NCBI GenBank assembly: GCA_964492965.1
Contig: CAZBME010000006.1
Location: 5,672-69,671 of the forward strand
Length of the DNA stretch: 64,000 nt
Direction: 5' to 3'
Source: an uncultured Syntrophaceae bacterium
Lineage (GTDB): Bacteria; Desulfobacterota; Syntrophia; Syntrophales; UBA8958
Shown here piece by piece: positions 27,257 to 37,219 of this stretch (its first letter is position 1; each line of letters begins with the position of its first letter). Below the pieces are notes generated by a model, which saw nothing but the letters and a program-made list of their open reading frames with translations, had not been told where the DNA came from and did no database searches. Position numbers and translations under genes: made by a program.

Positions 27257-29101
27257 TCAGTTGTTCCGCTCCACCATGGCCCAGTATTCCTTGCTGTCGT
27301 CGACCTTCTTCAGGAAGTCCGCGATTTGTGCTTCCGGACGGCCGAACTTGCCCTCCATCCTATTTTCCAGCGCGTCCCAGAGCATCATGAGCTCAAGATT
27401 GGTCTGGCATATCTCCTCGCAGGCTTTGCAGTGCATGCACATAAAAGCGTTTGCCGCTTCCGCAGGCGTCACTTCTTTTCCCGTAATGAGCTTCTTGGCC
27501 AGCGCTACCTTCCCTTTCGCCGTGACGCCTTCATTCCCTGTGACGAGGTAGGCGGGGCATACGGCGATACAGTTCCCGCACTTGGCGCAGGCATGGGTGG
27601 TGAGCTCGAAATCGAGGTTGTCAACCTTTTCATCCTTTCCCAGGAGCCATGTGGCCGCTTTACCGATGATCGGCGAAAAGAGCGTCAGGAGGTTCATGGA
27701 AAAACCGAAAACGGCCGGATTGAAGAGAAGGGTGGAGAGCCCCGTTGAATTGACACCGAAGAATTTTCCCGGATTCAGGATGTTGTTCGGGTCCACTTTG
27801 GCCTTGTATGCTTTCAGCTCCCGCTGTTTTTCACTGCTGTAGAGGTCATTGATAAAGGCGGCATTCCAGAGGCCAAGGCCATAGGGCTCGGCGCCCAATG
27901 AAACCGCCGTCTTGGTGAGCATGGAAACCAGGGGCATATTCATATAATATTTTTTGCTCCTGGAGTCGCAAAGGAAAGTGGCCATGATAAGTGCCTGTTT
28001 TTCATCCAGGATATACGAGTCTATGCATACTTCAACTCCGAAACGGTTGCCCAGTTTTTTTGCTTTTTCAATAAAGGTTGGGGCTACGGTGATCGGGATA
28101 ATAATCTCACTGGCCAGGATGGTCGGTCCCAGGCGCTTTGTCTTCATCCCAAAAAGGCGTTCATTCCACAGATACCCGGCGGCATAACGGGGCGCGGCCT
28201 CAATATGACCCGCTTTGGCCATGAATTTCACAAAAGATTCTTCATCCTCCGCGCTGCTGAACTCCACGAGGACGCCGGCGCTCTTCTTGAATATGCCGGC
28301 CCGCATGACCGCGTTTGTGTCATTCAAATGATTTTCATCCAAAAACCGGATGACGTTGGGGTTGAGCTTCTCCGCGCTTTTGCTTTTTATGAATCGGTCG
28401 ATAAATGCGAAAGCCTCTTTATCGTCATTGAAATACAAAAGATGTGCGTATGAGGCCTTCGGCATGTCCCGAAGCTTGAGGGTGGCTTCAACCACGATGC
28501 CGAATTCTCCCTCGGTGGAAACAAAGAAGGTGAAATCAGGGTCGACAGGGGACAGCGTTTTGAGTTCGCCGGCGCCTGTAATCACCTTCATGGACACAAT
28601 TTGCTTTGATAAGTGACCGTATCTGAAGCTGTTAATCCCGTAGCCGCCCGTCGAGATCCAACCGGCGACCGTGGAAAACTTGCTTGAGGGATAGGTCATC
28701 AGGCACAAGCCCTCTTTCTTGGCCATGATATCGATATCGCTCCATCGGGCGCCCGCTTCAACGGTGACGGTCTTTTCTTCGGTGTTGAGCTCCAGGATTT
28801 CCCGGAAAGGAGACAGGTCGATGACGATCCCGGCATTGGTAGGGATGACGCCGCCGAAGCCCCATGATGCGGAGCCTCTCGGTGTCACAGGGATCTTCTG
28901 CGCGTTGGCAAACGCCAGGACCTTTTTTATCTCGTCCGTGTTTTTGGGCTGGATGACAAAATCGGGTTGCGTTTGAAAAAATGTTTTGGTCATGATCTCT
29001 GGAACATCGCCGATGTCATGACTGTACATCTCTCGTTCTTCCATTTTGTCGAGTATTTTTATATCGCCCGCGATCTTTCTGAATTCTTCTACTGGCTTCA
29101 T
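27257..29101 (-). CDS. FAD-linked oxidase (GlcD/D-2-hydroxyacid dehydrogenase family) fused to a C-terminal 2x[4Fe-4S] domain
   Basis: 614 aa with an FAD-binding PCMH-type region (KIPVTPRGSASWGFGGVIP...GIVIDL...VEAGARWSDI...TVAGWISTGGYG). The C-terminus carries CAKCGNCIAVCP and CMHCKACEEICQ. It is the first gene behind the sigma-54 promoter at 29196-29211. Confidence 0.8.
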   Translation of the reverse strand: MKPVEEFRKIAGDIKILDKMEEREMYSHDIGDVPEIMTKTFFQTQPDFVIQPKNTDEIKKVLAFANAQKIPVTPRGSASWGFGGVIPTNAGIVIDLSPFREILELNTEEKTVTVEAGARWSDIDIMAKKEGLCLMTYPSSKFSTVAGWISTGGYGINSFRYGHLSKQIVSMKVITGAGELKTLSPVDPDFTFFVSTEGEFGIVVEATLKLRDMPKASYAHLLYFNDDKEAFAFIDRFIKSKSAEKLNPNVIRFLDENHLNDTNAVMRAGIFKKSAGVLVEFSSAEDEESFVKFMAKAGHIEAAPRYAAGYLWNERLFGMKTKRLGPTILASEIIIPITVAPTFIEKAKKLGNRFGVEVCIDSYILDEKQALIMATFLCDSRSKKYYMNMPLVSMLTKTAVSLGAEPYGLGLWNAAFINDLYSSEKQRELKAYKAKVDPNNILNPGKFFGVNSTGLSTLLFNPAVFGFSMNLLTLFSPIIGKAATWLLGKDEKVDNLDFELTTHACAKCGNCIAVCPAYLVTGNEGVTAKGKVALAKKLITGKEVTPAEAANAFMCMHCKACEEICQTNLELMMLWDALENRMEGKFGRPEAQIADFLKKVDDSKEYWAMVERNN

Positions 29102-29195
29102 GTATGCTATGTCTCTTCAGTTGTTATAATGAGGGGGTCAATTGTCGCCCCATGTTCTTGTGGATTACGGAAAGCTGCTATGGAGCCGCAGTAAG

Positions 29196-29211
29196 AGCAA
29201 GATAAATGCCA
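29196..29211 (-). promoter_or_regulatory. Sigma-54 (-24/-12) promoter candidate
   Basis: The minus strand reads TGGCATTTATCTTGCT. It matches TGGCAC-N5-TTGCW at TGGCA and TTGCT with exact GG-to-GC spacing, about 95 nt upstream of ATG 29101. Confidence 0.7.
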
Positions 29212-29372
29212 CAACCTGAGTTGTACTTCCAGAGTCGCTCTTGGGAGAGTGTGCTTTTCCTGCCGATAGTAGCAGGGGAAGCGCCCATGCCGCTTTCTCC
29301 GTATCAAGGGGTCTTTGCCTACAACAATAAATTGTGGCTGTCAACACTTTTTTGTCACTAATTCAAATATTA

Positions 29373-29383
29373 AACAAAATTGT
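29373..29383. promoter_or_regulatory. AACAAAATTGT box, candidate enhancer (UAS) element, copy 1
   Basis: An exact 11-mer shared with 44756-44766. It lies about 165 bp upstream of the -24 element, a typical bEBP distance. The core ACAA-AA-TTGT is an interrupted dyad. Confidence 0.3.
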
Positions 29384-29659
29384 ATCAAAATCCAATGCGT
29401 TGATGTAAGTGACCATAACTACTGGACTATGCCTTTTAAGGTCAACAAAAACGAGACAAAAATGTATTATTATCCTATTTTGTGGAACAATAATGTAACG
29501 TGCTTGAAGCACGGCCTCCTTTTCTCCCTGCAATTGGTGTTTTGTAATATTAAAACAGATGGTTAAAATGATGATCTCTGCGGCGCGAAAAATAGTTCAG
29601 CAGAGGAAATCCGGGATAATTCCCGAATAATGGTACAATAATGTACAATTAATTGGAAT

Positions 29660-31081
29660 TTACGTCTCAAAGCAGTATTTGCTTGTTTCTCCGTGCGGCT
29701 TCAGGGGGTATTCGCCGGTGTAGCACGCCAGACAAACCTCTTCCATCTTCATGCCGGTTGCTTCAACCATGCCTTCCGGCGAAAGATAGTACAAGGAATC
29801 CAGGCCGACGAATTCGGCAATCTTATCCACGTCGCCTTTCTGGGCGGCAATGAGTTCCCCCTTTGATGAGAAGTCAATGCCGTAAGGACAGGGGTGACGT
29901 GTCGGCGGGCAGCTGATTACCATATGGATTTCCTTGACACCGTTATCCCGCAGATTCCGGACGCGGTTGCGGCTGGTTGTGCCGCGGATGATGGAGTCTT
30001 CGACAATGGTTATCCTTTTTCCTTCCAGGAGAGGCTTTACGGGATTGAGCTTGACCCGGACGCCGAAGTCCCGCACGGGTTGTGTCGGCTGGATGAAGGT
30101 TCTGCCGACATAATGGTTCCGGATCATGCCCATTTCGAAGGGGAGACCGCTTTTTTCCGCATAACCCAGGGCAGCGTAATTCCCTGAGTCAGGGAAAGGC
30201 ATGACAAGGTCTACATCAGGGCAATACTCTTCGGCAAGGCGGTGCCCCAGGCGCTTCCGGCACAAATAGACGTTTTGGCCGAAAATCTGACTATCGGGCC
30301 GGGCAAAATAGATGAGTTCGAAGATACAATGGGCATGCTTGACTGCGGGGAAGGGCATGAGGCTTTTTACGCCAGTTTCATCGATGATGATGATTTCACC
30401 GGGCTTGATGTCCCGGACGTAGGATGCGCCGACGAGGTCCAAGGCGCAGGTTTCCGAGGCGACAACCCAGCCGCCGTTGATCTGCCCCAAGCACAGGGGC
30501 CGGAAGCCCCGGGGATCACGGGCGGCGATAATCTTTTGCCGGGTCATCATGACCAGGCTATAAGCCCCTTCAACCTGGGAAAATGCCTTGGTGAGGGCTT
30601 CTTCCAGGCCGTCTTTTACGTGGGGGGCCATGAGGTGAATAAAGACCTCCGTGTCCATCGTCGACTGGAAGATGGATCCCCGATCCTCCAGGGCCGAGCG
30701 CAGGGCCTGGGTATTGGTAAGATTGCCGTTGTGGCCGATGGCGTAATATTCATCGGCATGGTGGGCCAAAAAGGGCTGGGCATTGGCCAGAACGGAGGAT
30801 CCCGTTGTGGAGTAGCGCACATGGCCGATGGCCAGGTGTCCTTTTAATTTTGACAGGTTGTCTTCACGAAAAACCTCGGAAACAAGCCCCATGCCTCTGT
30901 GGTCCCAGATGTCGCACCCGTCGGAGGAAACGATGCCGGCACTCTCCTGTCCCCGGTGCTGGAGGGCAAACAGGCCGAAAAATGAAACCCGCGCTGCTTC
31001 GGGGTGGCCGTAAATGGCGAAAACCCCGCATTCATGGCGGGGGATAGAGGCATCAGGCATTAAGCATTCGGCATCAGACAT
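29660..31081 (-). CDS. purF: Amidophosphoribosyltransferase
   Basis: 473 aa with ECGVFAIYGH, HRGQESAGI, GHVRYSTTG, GHNGNLTN and IVEDSIIRGTT. The start overlaps the carB stop by 1 nt (TGATG). Confidence 0.9.
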   Translation of the reverse strand: MSDAECLMPDASIPRHECGVFAIYGHPEAARVSFFGLFALQHRGQESAGIVSSDGCDIWDHRGMGLVSEVFREDNLSKLKGHLAIGHVRYSTTGSSVLANAQPFLAHHADEYYAIGHNGNLTNTQALRSALEDRGSIFQSTMDTEVFIHLMAPHVKDGLEEALTKAFSQVEGAYSLVMMTRQKIIAARDPRGFRPLCLGQINGGWVVASETCALDLVGASYVRDIKPGEIIIIDETGVKSLMPFPAVKHAHCIFELIYFARPDSQIFGQNVYLCRKRLGHRLAEEYCPDVDLVMPFPDSGNYAALGYAEKSGLPFEMGMIRNHYVGRTFIQPTQPVRDFGVRVKLNPVKPLLEGKRITIVEDSIIRGTTSRNRVRNLRDNGVKEIHMVISCPPTRHPCPYGIDFSSKGELIAAQKGDVDKIAEFVGLDSLYYLSPEGMVEATGMKMEEVCLACYTGEYPLKPHGETSKYCFET

Positions 31082-34000
31082 CAGTTCACCTTTTTATTGT
31101 TTTTGTGATATTCCTGTAAAGGGCAAACCTGCCAGTCCTCGGCCTTCAGGGAAGCAATTGCTTCGCTCAGAGCCTTGGCGCCCGCGATGGTTGTCGTATA
31201 GGGCACGTTGTAAACCAGGGCGCCCCGCCGGATGTTATAACCGTCGAAGGACGACTTCCGACCGACGCTCGTATTGATCATCAACTGGATATCGCCGTTC
31301 TTGATGTAATCCACCACATGGGGACGGCCTTCCGTCAGCTTGTGAATGGCCTTGATTTCGACACCGTGTTCGTTCAGATAAGCTGCCGTTCCCCTTGTGC
31401 CTAAGAGTTTGAATCCTAAATCCCTGAAAATCCGGGCAATCGGCAATATCTTTTCTCGATGGGTTTTGTGGACGCTGATATAGACCTGCCCTTCCAGGGG
31501 CAGGCGGAATCCTGCGGCCATCTGGGCTTTGGCGAAGGCCATGCCGAAGGAACTATCGATGCCCATGACCTCGCCTGTCGATTTCATTTCCGGCCCGAGG
31601 AGGACATCGACATTGGGGAAGCGGCTGAAGGGGAAAACAGCCTCTTTGACGGCGATGTGTCCGTGGTGAATGGTTTTCGTGAACCCCAGCTCTTGCAGAG
31701 ACTTTCCCATCATCACCTTTGTCGCCAGTTTGGCGAGGGGAACGCCAATGGCCTTGCTGACGAAAGGGACGGTGCGCGAGGCACGGGGATTGACTTCCAG
31801 CAGATAAAGATCGTTTCCCTTGATGGCGTATTGGATATTCATAAGACCGATGACGCCCAACTCCGCGGCAATCATCTTGGTCTGTTTTTCGATCAGGGTG
31901 ATCATTTCCGGCGAGAGGGTCATGGGTGGGAGGATGCAGGCACTGTCTCCCGAGTGAATGCCCGCTTCTTCAATATGCTCCATAATACCGGCAACCACGG
32001 TTTCTTTCCCATCGCTGATGGCATCCACATCGACCTCAATGGCGTCTTCGAGGAACTGGTCTATCAAAATGGGATGCCCCGGTGATACGTGAACGGCCCG
32101 TTCCATAAACTGGCGAAGGGTGTCGCTGTCATAGACGATTTCCATGGAACGCCCGCCCAGAACATAGGAGGGCCGAACCACGACGGGATAGCTGATCCGC
32201 TCTGCAACGATGACGGCCTCTTCGGCGGTCATGGCCGTGCCGTTGGCCGGCTGCTTGAGCTGGAGCAGGTCAACAATCTCCTGAAACCGTTTGCGGTCTT
32301 CCGCCCGATCGATGGCGTCGGGAGAGGTGCCCAGGATATTTGCCCCTGCCGCTTCCAGCCCCTTGGCTAAATTGAGGGGCGTCTGGCCTCCGAACTGGAC
32401 GATGACACCCAGGGGATTCTCTGCCTTTAATATGTGGAGGACGTCTTCCAGGGTCAGGGGTTCAAAGAAGAGTTTGTCCGAGGTATCGTAGTCCGTGCTG
32501 ACCGTCTCGGGATTGGAATTGACCATGATGCTCTCGATGCCTTCTTCCCGGAGCGCAAAGGAGGCATGGACGCAGCAATAGTCGAATTCGATTCCCTGGC
32601 CGATCCGGTTGGGGCCGCCTCCCAGGATGACCACTTTGGGTCGGGATGATGGCCGGGCTTCGTCTTCTGCCTCATACGTCGAGTAGTAATAGGGCGTGTA
32701 GGCCTCGAACTCGGCTGCGCAGGTGTCCACCAGTTTGTAGACGGGCAGGATATGATTGTCGTATCGCATTTTGCGAATGGCGATTTCATCGGTCTTCCAC
32801 AATTCCGCCAGACGCCGGTCCGCAAAGCCGAGGCTTTTCGCTTCCCGAAGCGCCTCCAGCGACGGAGAAAGGGAGAGAAGCTTCCGGTCCGCTTCGACGA
32901 TTTCCTGGATATGGTAAAGGAACCAGGGATCGATTTTCGTCATGTCGAAGATGTCCTCAATGGAAAGGCCATGATAAAGGGCGGTGGCGACATAGAAGAG
33001 GCGCAGGGAGTTGGGGGTCCGGAGCTTCGGGGCTAAAAAATCCCGGATGTTGGCTATGTCTTCCGGCAGTTTCTCCAGAAGGCTGAAACGGCCGATTTCC
33101 AGAGACCGGATGGCCTTCTGGAGGGATTCCTTGAATGTCCGCCCGATGGCCATGGTTTCTCCAACAGATTTCATTGACGTTGTCAGGAAATCTTCCGTCT
33201 CGGGGAACTTTTCGAAAGTCCAGCGGGGGATCTTCGTCACGACATAATCGATGGTAGGTTCAAAGGAGGCCATGGTCTCCCGTGTAATATCGTTAGGGAT
33301 TTCATCCAGGGTATAGCCGACGGCAAGCTTTGCGGCGATCTTGGCGATAGGAAAGCCTGTGGCCTTCGAGGCCAGGGCCGACGATCGCGAGACGCGGGGA
33401 TTCATTTCAATGACAATCATCTCGCCCGTATCGGGATGAATGGCGAACTGGCAATTGGAGCCGCCCGTTTCGACGCCTATTTCCCGCATAATGGCGATGG
33501 CCGCATCGCGCATGACCTGGTATTCCCGGTCGGTCAGGGTCTGTGCGGGGGCGACGGTGATGGATTCGCCTGTGTGGACGCCCATGGGGTCCAGGTTTTC
33601 AATGGAGCAGATAATGACGACGTTGTCCGCCTTGTCACGCATGACCTCCAATTCGTATTCCTTCCAACCCAGGGCCGACTGTTCGAGCATGATTTCGTGA
33701 ATCATGCTGGCATCAAGGCCCGATTTGGCGATTTCCGTCAGTTCTTCCCGGTTGTAAGCCACGCCGCTTCCCGTGCCTCCCAGAGTAAAGGAGGGCCGGA
33801 TGATGATGGGGAAACCGATGTCGGCCGCCACCCGGTAGACATCCTCCATCGACTTGGCAAAGCCGCTTTGGGGGACTTTCAGGCCGATGCGATTCATGGC
33901 GTCACGGAACTTCTCCCGGTCTTCGGCCTTATGGATGACCTCAAGGGAGGCCCCGATCATTTCCACGCCATATTTTTCGAGAATACCCGCCTCGGCCACG

Positions 34001-34302
34001 GCGACGGCCGTGTTGAGGCCCGTCTGGCCTCCAAGGGTCGGCAGGAGGGCATCGGGCCGCTCTCTGGCGATTATTTTGGCCACGGCCTCCGGTGTGATGG
34101 GCTCAATATAGGTGCGGTCCGCCGTTTCGGGGTCCGTCATGATGGTCGCCGGATTGCTGTTGATGAGGATGACTTCATAGCCTTCCTCTTTCAGGGCCTT
34201 GCAGGCCTGTGTTCCCGAATAGTCAAACTCGCAGGCCTGGCTGATGATGATGGGACCGGAGCCGATGATTAATATTTTCTTGATGTCCGTTCGTTTAGGC
34301 AT
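31081..34302 (-). CDS. carB: Carbamoyl-phosphate synthase large subunit
   Basis: 1073 aa with [37 protein letters not shown]. It has duplicated ATP-grasp halves and a C-terminal MGS-like domain. Confidence 0.95.
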   Translation of the reverse strand: MPKRTDIKKILIIGSGPIIISQACEFDYSGTQACKALKEEGYEVILINSNPATIMTDPETADRTYIEPITPEAVAKIIARERPDALLPTLGGQTGLNTAVAVAEAGILEKYGVEMIGASLEVIHKAEDREKFRDAMNRIGLKVPQSGFAKSMEDVYRVAADIGFPIIIRPSFTLGGTGSGVAYNREELTEIAKSGLDASMIHEIMLEQSALGWKEYELEVMRDKADNVVIICSIENLDPMGVHTGESITVAPAQTLTDREYQVMRDAAIAIMREIGVETGGSNCQFAIHPDTGEMIVIEMNPRVSRSSALASKATGFPIAKIAAKLAVGYTLDEIPNDITRETMASFEPTIDYVVTKIPRWTFEKFPETEDFLTTSMKSVGETMAIGRTFKESLQKAIRSLEIGRFSLLEKLPEDIANIRDFLAPKLRTPNSLRLFYVATALYHGLSIEDIFDMTKIDPWFLYHIQEIVEADRKLLSLSPSLEALREAKSLGFADRRLAELWKTDEIAIRKMRYDNHILPVYKLVDTCAAEFEAYTPYYYSTYEAEDEARPSSRPKVVILGGGPNRIGQGIEFDYCCVHASFALREEGIESIMVNSNPETVSTDYDTSDKLFFEPLTLEDVLHILKAENPLGVIVQFGGQTPLNLAKGLEAAGANILGTSPDAIDRAEDRKRFQEIVDLLQLKQPANGTAMTAEEAVIVAERISYPVVVRPSYVLGGRSMEIVYDSDTLRQFMERAVHVSPGHPILIDQFLEDAIEVDVDAISDGKETVVAGIMEHIEEAGIHSGDSACILPPMTLSPEMITLIEKQTKMIAAELGVIGLMNIQYAIKGNDLYLLEVNPRASRTVPFVSKAIGVPLAKLATKVMMGKSLQELGFTKTIHHGHIAVKEAVFPFSRFPNVDVLLGPEMKSTGEVMGIDSSFGMAFAKAQMAAGFRLPLEGQVYISVHKTHREKILPIARIFRDLGFKLLGTRGTAAYLNEHGVEIKAIHKLTEGRPHVVDYIKNGDIQLMINTSVGRKSSFDGYNIRRGALVYNVPYTTTIAGAKALSEAIASLKAEDWQVCPLQEYHKNNKKVN

Positions 34303-34329
34303 ATTTCAATTCTCAATGAAGGTCCTTAA

Positions 34330-35859
34330 TTATTCCCACTCGATGGTGCTGGGCGGTTTGGAACTGATGTCGTAGACTACCCGGTTGATGCCCCGGACCT
34401 CGTTGATGATCCTGTTGGAGATCCTGGCCAGGAGCTCCTGGGGAAGCCTGGCCCAGTCCGCCGTCATGGCGTCGTCGCTGGTGACGGCCCGGATGGCGAC
34501 TATATTTTCATAGGTTCGCTGATCGCCCATAATGCCGACGCTCTTCAGGGGAAGAAGGACGGCGAAGGACTGCCAAAGCTTCCGGTAGAGTTTGGCCTCC
34601 CGGATCTCTTCCATGAGGATGACATCGGCCTTTCGGAGGACGGATAGCCGTTTCTCCGTGATATCGCCGATAATGCGGATGGCCAGACCCGGTCCCGGGA
34701 AGGGTTGACGCCAGACCATCTCATCGGGGATTCCCAGTTCCTTTCCCAGAAGCCGCACTTCGTCCTTGAAGAGGTGTTTGAGGGGCTCCACGAGCTTAAG
34801 GTTCATCTTTTTAGGAAGCCCGCCTACATTGTGGTGGGACTTGATGACGGCGCTGGGGCCGCCGAAGGCCGATCGGGATTCGATAATATCCGGATAGAGG
34901 GTGCCCTGGGCGAGAAAGGCCACATTCTTGATTTTCCGGGCCTCCTGCTCGAAGACCTCAATGAAGGTCCGACCGATAATCTTGCGTTTCTTTTCCGGGT
35001 CCTCGACTCCCTTCAGACGATCCAGAAATAGCTTCTTGGCCCGAACGAAACGGAGATTCATCTGGAAGTGACGGCGATAGACCTCTTCCACCTTCTTCGC
35101 CTCCCCCTCCCTGAGGACGCCGTTATCGACGAAGACGCAGGTCAACTGGTTTCCTATAGCTCGGTGGATGAGGACGGCGGCCACGGATGAATCGACACCG
35201 CCGGAAAGACCCAAAAGAACCTTGCCGTTACCGACTTGGGCGCGGATCTCGTCGATGGTCTCTTTGGCAAAGGACTTCATCGTCCACGATTTCTTGCACT
35301 TGCAGACGGTGAAGAGGAAGTTTTCCAGCATCTTCTTCCCTTCGGGTGTATGGACCACTTCGGGGTGAAACTGGAGGCCGTAGAACTGATTCTTTTGGTT
35401 TTCGGCGGCGGCAATGGCTGTATTGGCCGTGGAGGCCGTGATCCGGAATCCCTTGGGCAGGGCGCCGATCTTATCGCCATGGCTCATCCAGCATTTCGTC
35501 TTTTTTGCGACGCCGGCAAAGATGCCTTCCTCTTTGTCAATCGTCAGTTCCGCAAAGCCGTACTCCCTCTTCTGGGAGGCAATGACCTCACCACCCAGGG
35601 CATGGACCATGAACTGGAGGCCATAACAGATGCCAAGGATGGGGATACCCATCTCAAATATGTCCGGGGCCACCTTGGGGCTGTTTTTTTCGTAGATGCT
35701 GGCGGGACCGCCGGAGAGGATGATGCCCTCCGGTTTCAGCTCCCGGATCTTGGCCATCTGGATGGACGGCGGCTCGATCTGGCAATAGATATGATGCTCC
35801 CGGACGCGCCGGGCGATGAGCTGGTTGTATTGGGAACCGAAATCGACGATGAGAATCAT
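34330..35859 (-). CDS. guaA: GMP synthase (glutamine-hydrolysing)
   Basis: 509 aa with a GATase-1 domain (GICYGLQ...HPE), an ATP-PPase motif ([10 protein letters not shown]) and the C-terminus PPSTIEWE. The ATG overlaps the carA stop (ATGA at 35856-35859). Confidence 0.95.
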   Translation of the reverse strand: MILIVDFGSQYNQLIARRVREHHIYCQIEPPSIQMAKIRELKPEGIILSGGPASIYEKNSPKVAPDIFEMGIPILGICYGLQFMVHALGGEVIASQKREYGFAELTIDKEEGIFAGVAKKTKCWMSHGDKIGALPKGFRITASTANTAIAAAENQKNQFYGLQFHPEVVHTPEGKKMLENFLFTVCKCKKSWTMKSFAKETIDEIRAQVGNGKVLLGLSGGVDSSVAAVLIHRAIGNQLTCVFVDNGVLREGEAKKVEEVYRRHFQMNLRFVRAKKLFLDRLKGVEDPEKKRKIIGRTFIEVFEQEARKIKNVAFLAQGTLYPDIIESRSAFGGPSAVIKSHHNVGGLPKKMNLKLVEPLKHLFKDEVRLLGKELGIPDEMVWRQPFPGPGLAIRIIGDITEKRLSVLRKADVILMEEIREAKLYRKLWQSFAVLLPLKSVGIMGDQRTYENIVAIRAVTSDDAMTADWARLPQELLARISNRIINEVRGINRVVYDISSKPPSTIEWE

Positions 35860-36995
35860 ACGGTCTTCGCCTCCATAAGTTTCAGAAAATGGTCAAACAG
35901 GTAGGCCGAATCGTGGGGTCCCGGCGCTGCCTCGGGGTGGTACTGAACGCTGAAAGCGCGTAAATTCGGGTAATTCAGACCTTCGGAGGTGCAATCGTTG
36001 AGGTTGTTGTGGGTTGCCGTCCGGTCACATGTCAGAGAGTCGGGGGCAACGACGAAGCCGTGATTCTGGGATGTAATCTCGATCTTTCCCGAAATAATGT
36101 TCTTTACGGGCTGGTTGATGCCGTGATGGCCGAATTTCAGTTTTTCTGTTTTTCCGCCCACGGCCTGGCCGAGGACTTGGTGACCCAGGCAGATGCCGAA
36201 AATGGGGACTTTCCCGAGAAGAAACCGGGCCGCCTCCACGATGTAAGGCAGGGCGGCCGGGTCTCCCGGACCGTTGGAAAGCATCACGCCGTCGGGAAGG
36301 GAGGCCATGATGTCCGCCCCCGTCGCTGTGGCAGGGAGTACCGTGACGGCGCATCCCCTTTCCTCAAGCATCCTCAGGATATTGTATTTGACGCCGCAAT
36401 CCAGGACGGTCACGCGGTGGCGTTTAGGGTTGATTTCGTTTCCTTCTCCCATAGCCATAGGCTTGCCGTCTTGCCAGCGATAGGGTTCCCGGCAGGAGAC
36501 CTCCTTGACAAGGTCCCTCCCCACAAGACCCGGGTAGGTCCGGACCTGCTCCAGGAGGATCTCCCGATCAAAGGTTTCCGTAGAGATGATGCCCCGCATT
36601 GCTCCGGACAACCGCAAACGCCGGGTCAAGGCCCGCGTATCGATGCCTTCGATGCCGATCTTCCCGTAGGATTCGAGGAATGCCTTCAGGGTTTGTCGAG
36701 AGCGCCAGTTGCTTGGGCAGGGCTGGTACTCCTTAACGACAAATCCTTCCAAATGGATAGCCGCTGACTCCATGTCGTCCGGATTGATCCCATAGTTGCC
36801 TATGAGGGGATAGGTCATGGCAACGATTTGCCCTTTGTAGGAGGGGTCTGTAATGACCTCCTGGTATCCCGTCATGCCCGTGTTGAACACGACCTCTCCC
36901 ATCGTTTGGCCCTCCCCGGCAAAGACGCTGCCCGGAAAGGCGCTGCCATCTTCCAGGACAAGGATAGCTGGTGGCTGTTGCCGCAGAAGCGACAT
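35856..36995 (-). CDS. carA: Carbamoyl-phosphate synthase small (glutaminase) subunit
   Basis: 379 aa with [18 protein letters not shown]...[14 protein letters not shown]...GICLGHQ...VQYHPEA. Confidence 0.95.
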   Translation of the reverse strand: MSLLRQQPPAILVLEDGSAFPGSVFAGEGQTMGEVVFNTGMTGYQEVITDPSYKGQIVAMTYPLIGNYGINPDDMESAAIHLEGFVVKEYQPCPSNWRSRQTLKAFLESYGKIGIEGIDTRALTRRLRLSGAMRGIISTETFDREILLEQVRTYPGLVGRDLVKEVSCREPYRWQDGKPMAMGEGNEINPKRHRVTVLDCGVKYNILRMLEERGCAVTVLPATATGADIMASLPDGVMLSNGPGDPAALPYIVEAARFLLGKVPIFGICLGHQVLGQAVGGKTEKLKFGHHGINQPVKNIISGKIEITSQNHGFVVAPDSLTCDRTATHNNLNDCTSEGLNYPNLRAFSVQYHPEAAPGPHDSAYLFDHFLKLMEAKTV

Positions 36996-37049
36996 GTGGA
37001 ACTCCTTAAATGTCCAATGATTTTAAATTGGTTAAACAAAACTCCGCAT

Positions 37050-37105
37050 AAAAAAACAAAGGCGGAAATGCAAAGGCGTTCACATTCGCCTTCGCATTTC
37101 CGGCC
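37050..37105 (-). terminator. Rho-independent terminator after glnN
   Basis: Arms 37061-37078 and 37087-37105 pair over about 17 bp with one mismatch and one bulge. On the minus strand the hairpin is followed by TTTGTTTTTTT (37060-37050). Confidence 0.7.
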
Positions 37106-37219
37106 CTCTCATAACGTATCCGACCTGAATTGTCTACCTTATTTAGGCCACCCCGGCTGCCTTTCTTCGACTGGCCGGGGGGGCTCCATCAGGAATAGAT
37201 CGGATGATGTTCTCATGGG

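Noticed and set aside
29315-29566. 83-aa ORF in the AT-rich region upstream of the sigma-54 promoter, and the 72-aa ORF at 19564..19782.
   Set aside because: Both have low-complexity, Asn/Lys/Cys-rich or Arg-rich translations with no RBS and no recognisable motif. They are most simply explained as chance ORFs in non-coding spacers; the second could be a gene remnant, but I cannot support that.
29633-29646. GTA-N8-TAC (NtcA-like) site GGTACAATAATGTAC just downstream of purF.
   Set aside because: NtcA is a cyanobacterial regulator. The 6 specified bases are easily met by chance in AT-rich DNA, and the site lies 430 bp from the sigma-54 promoter.
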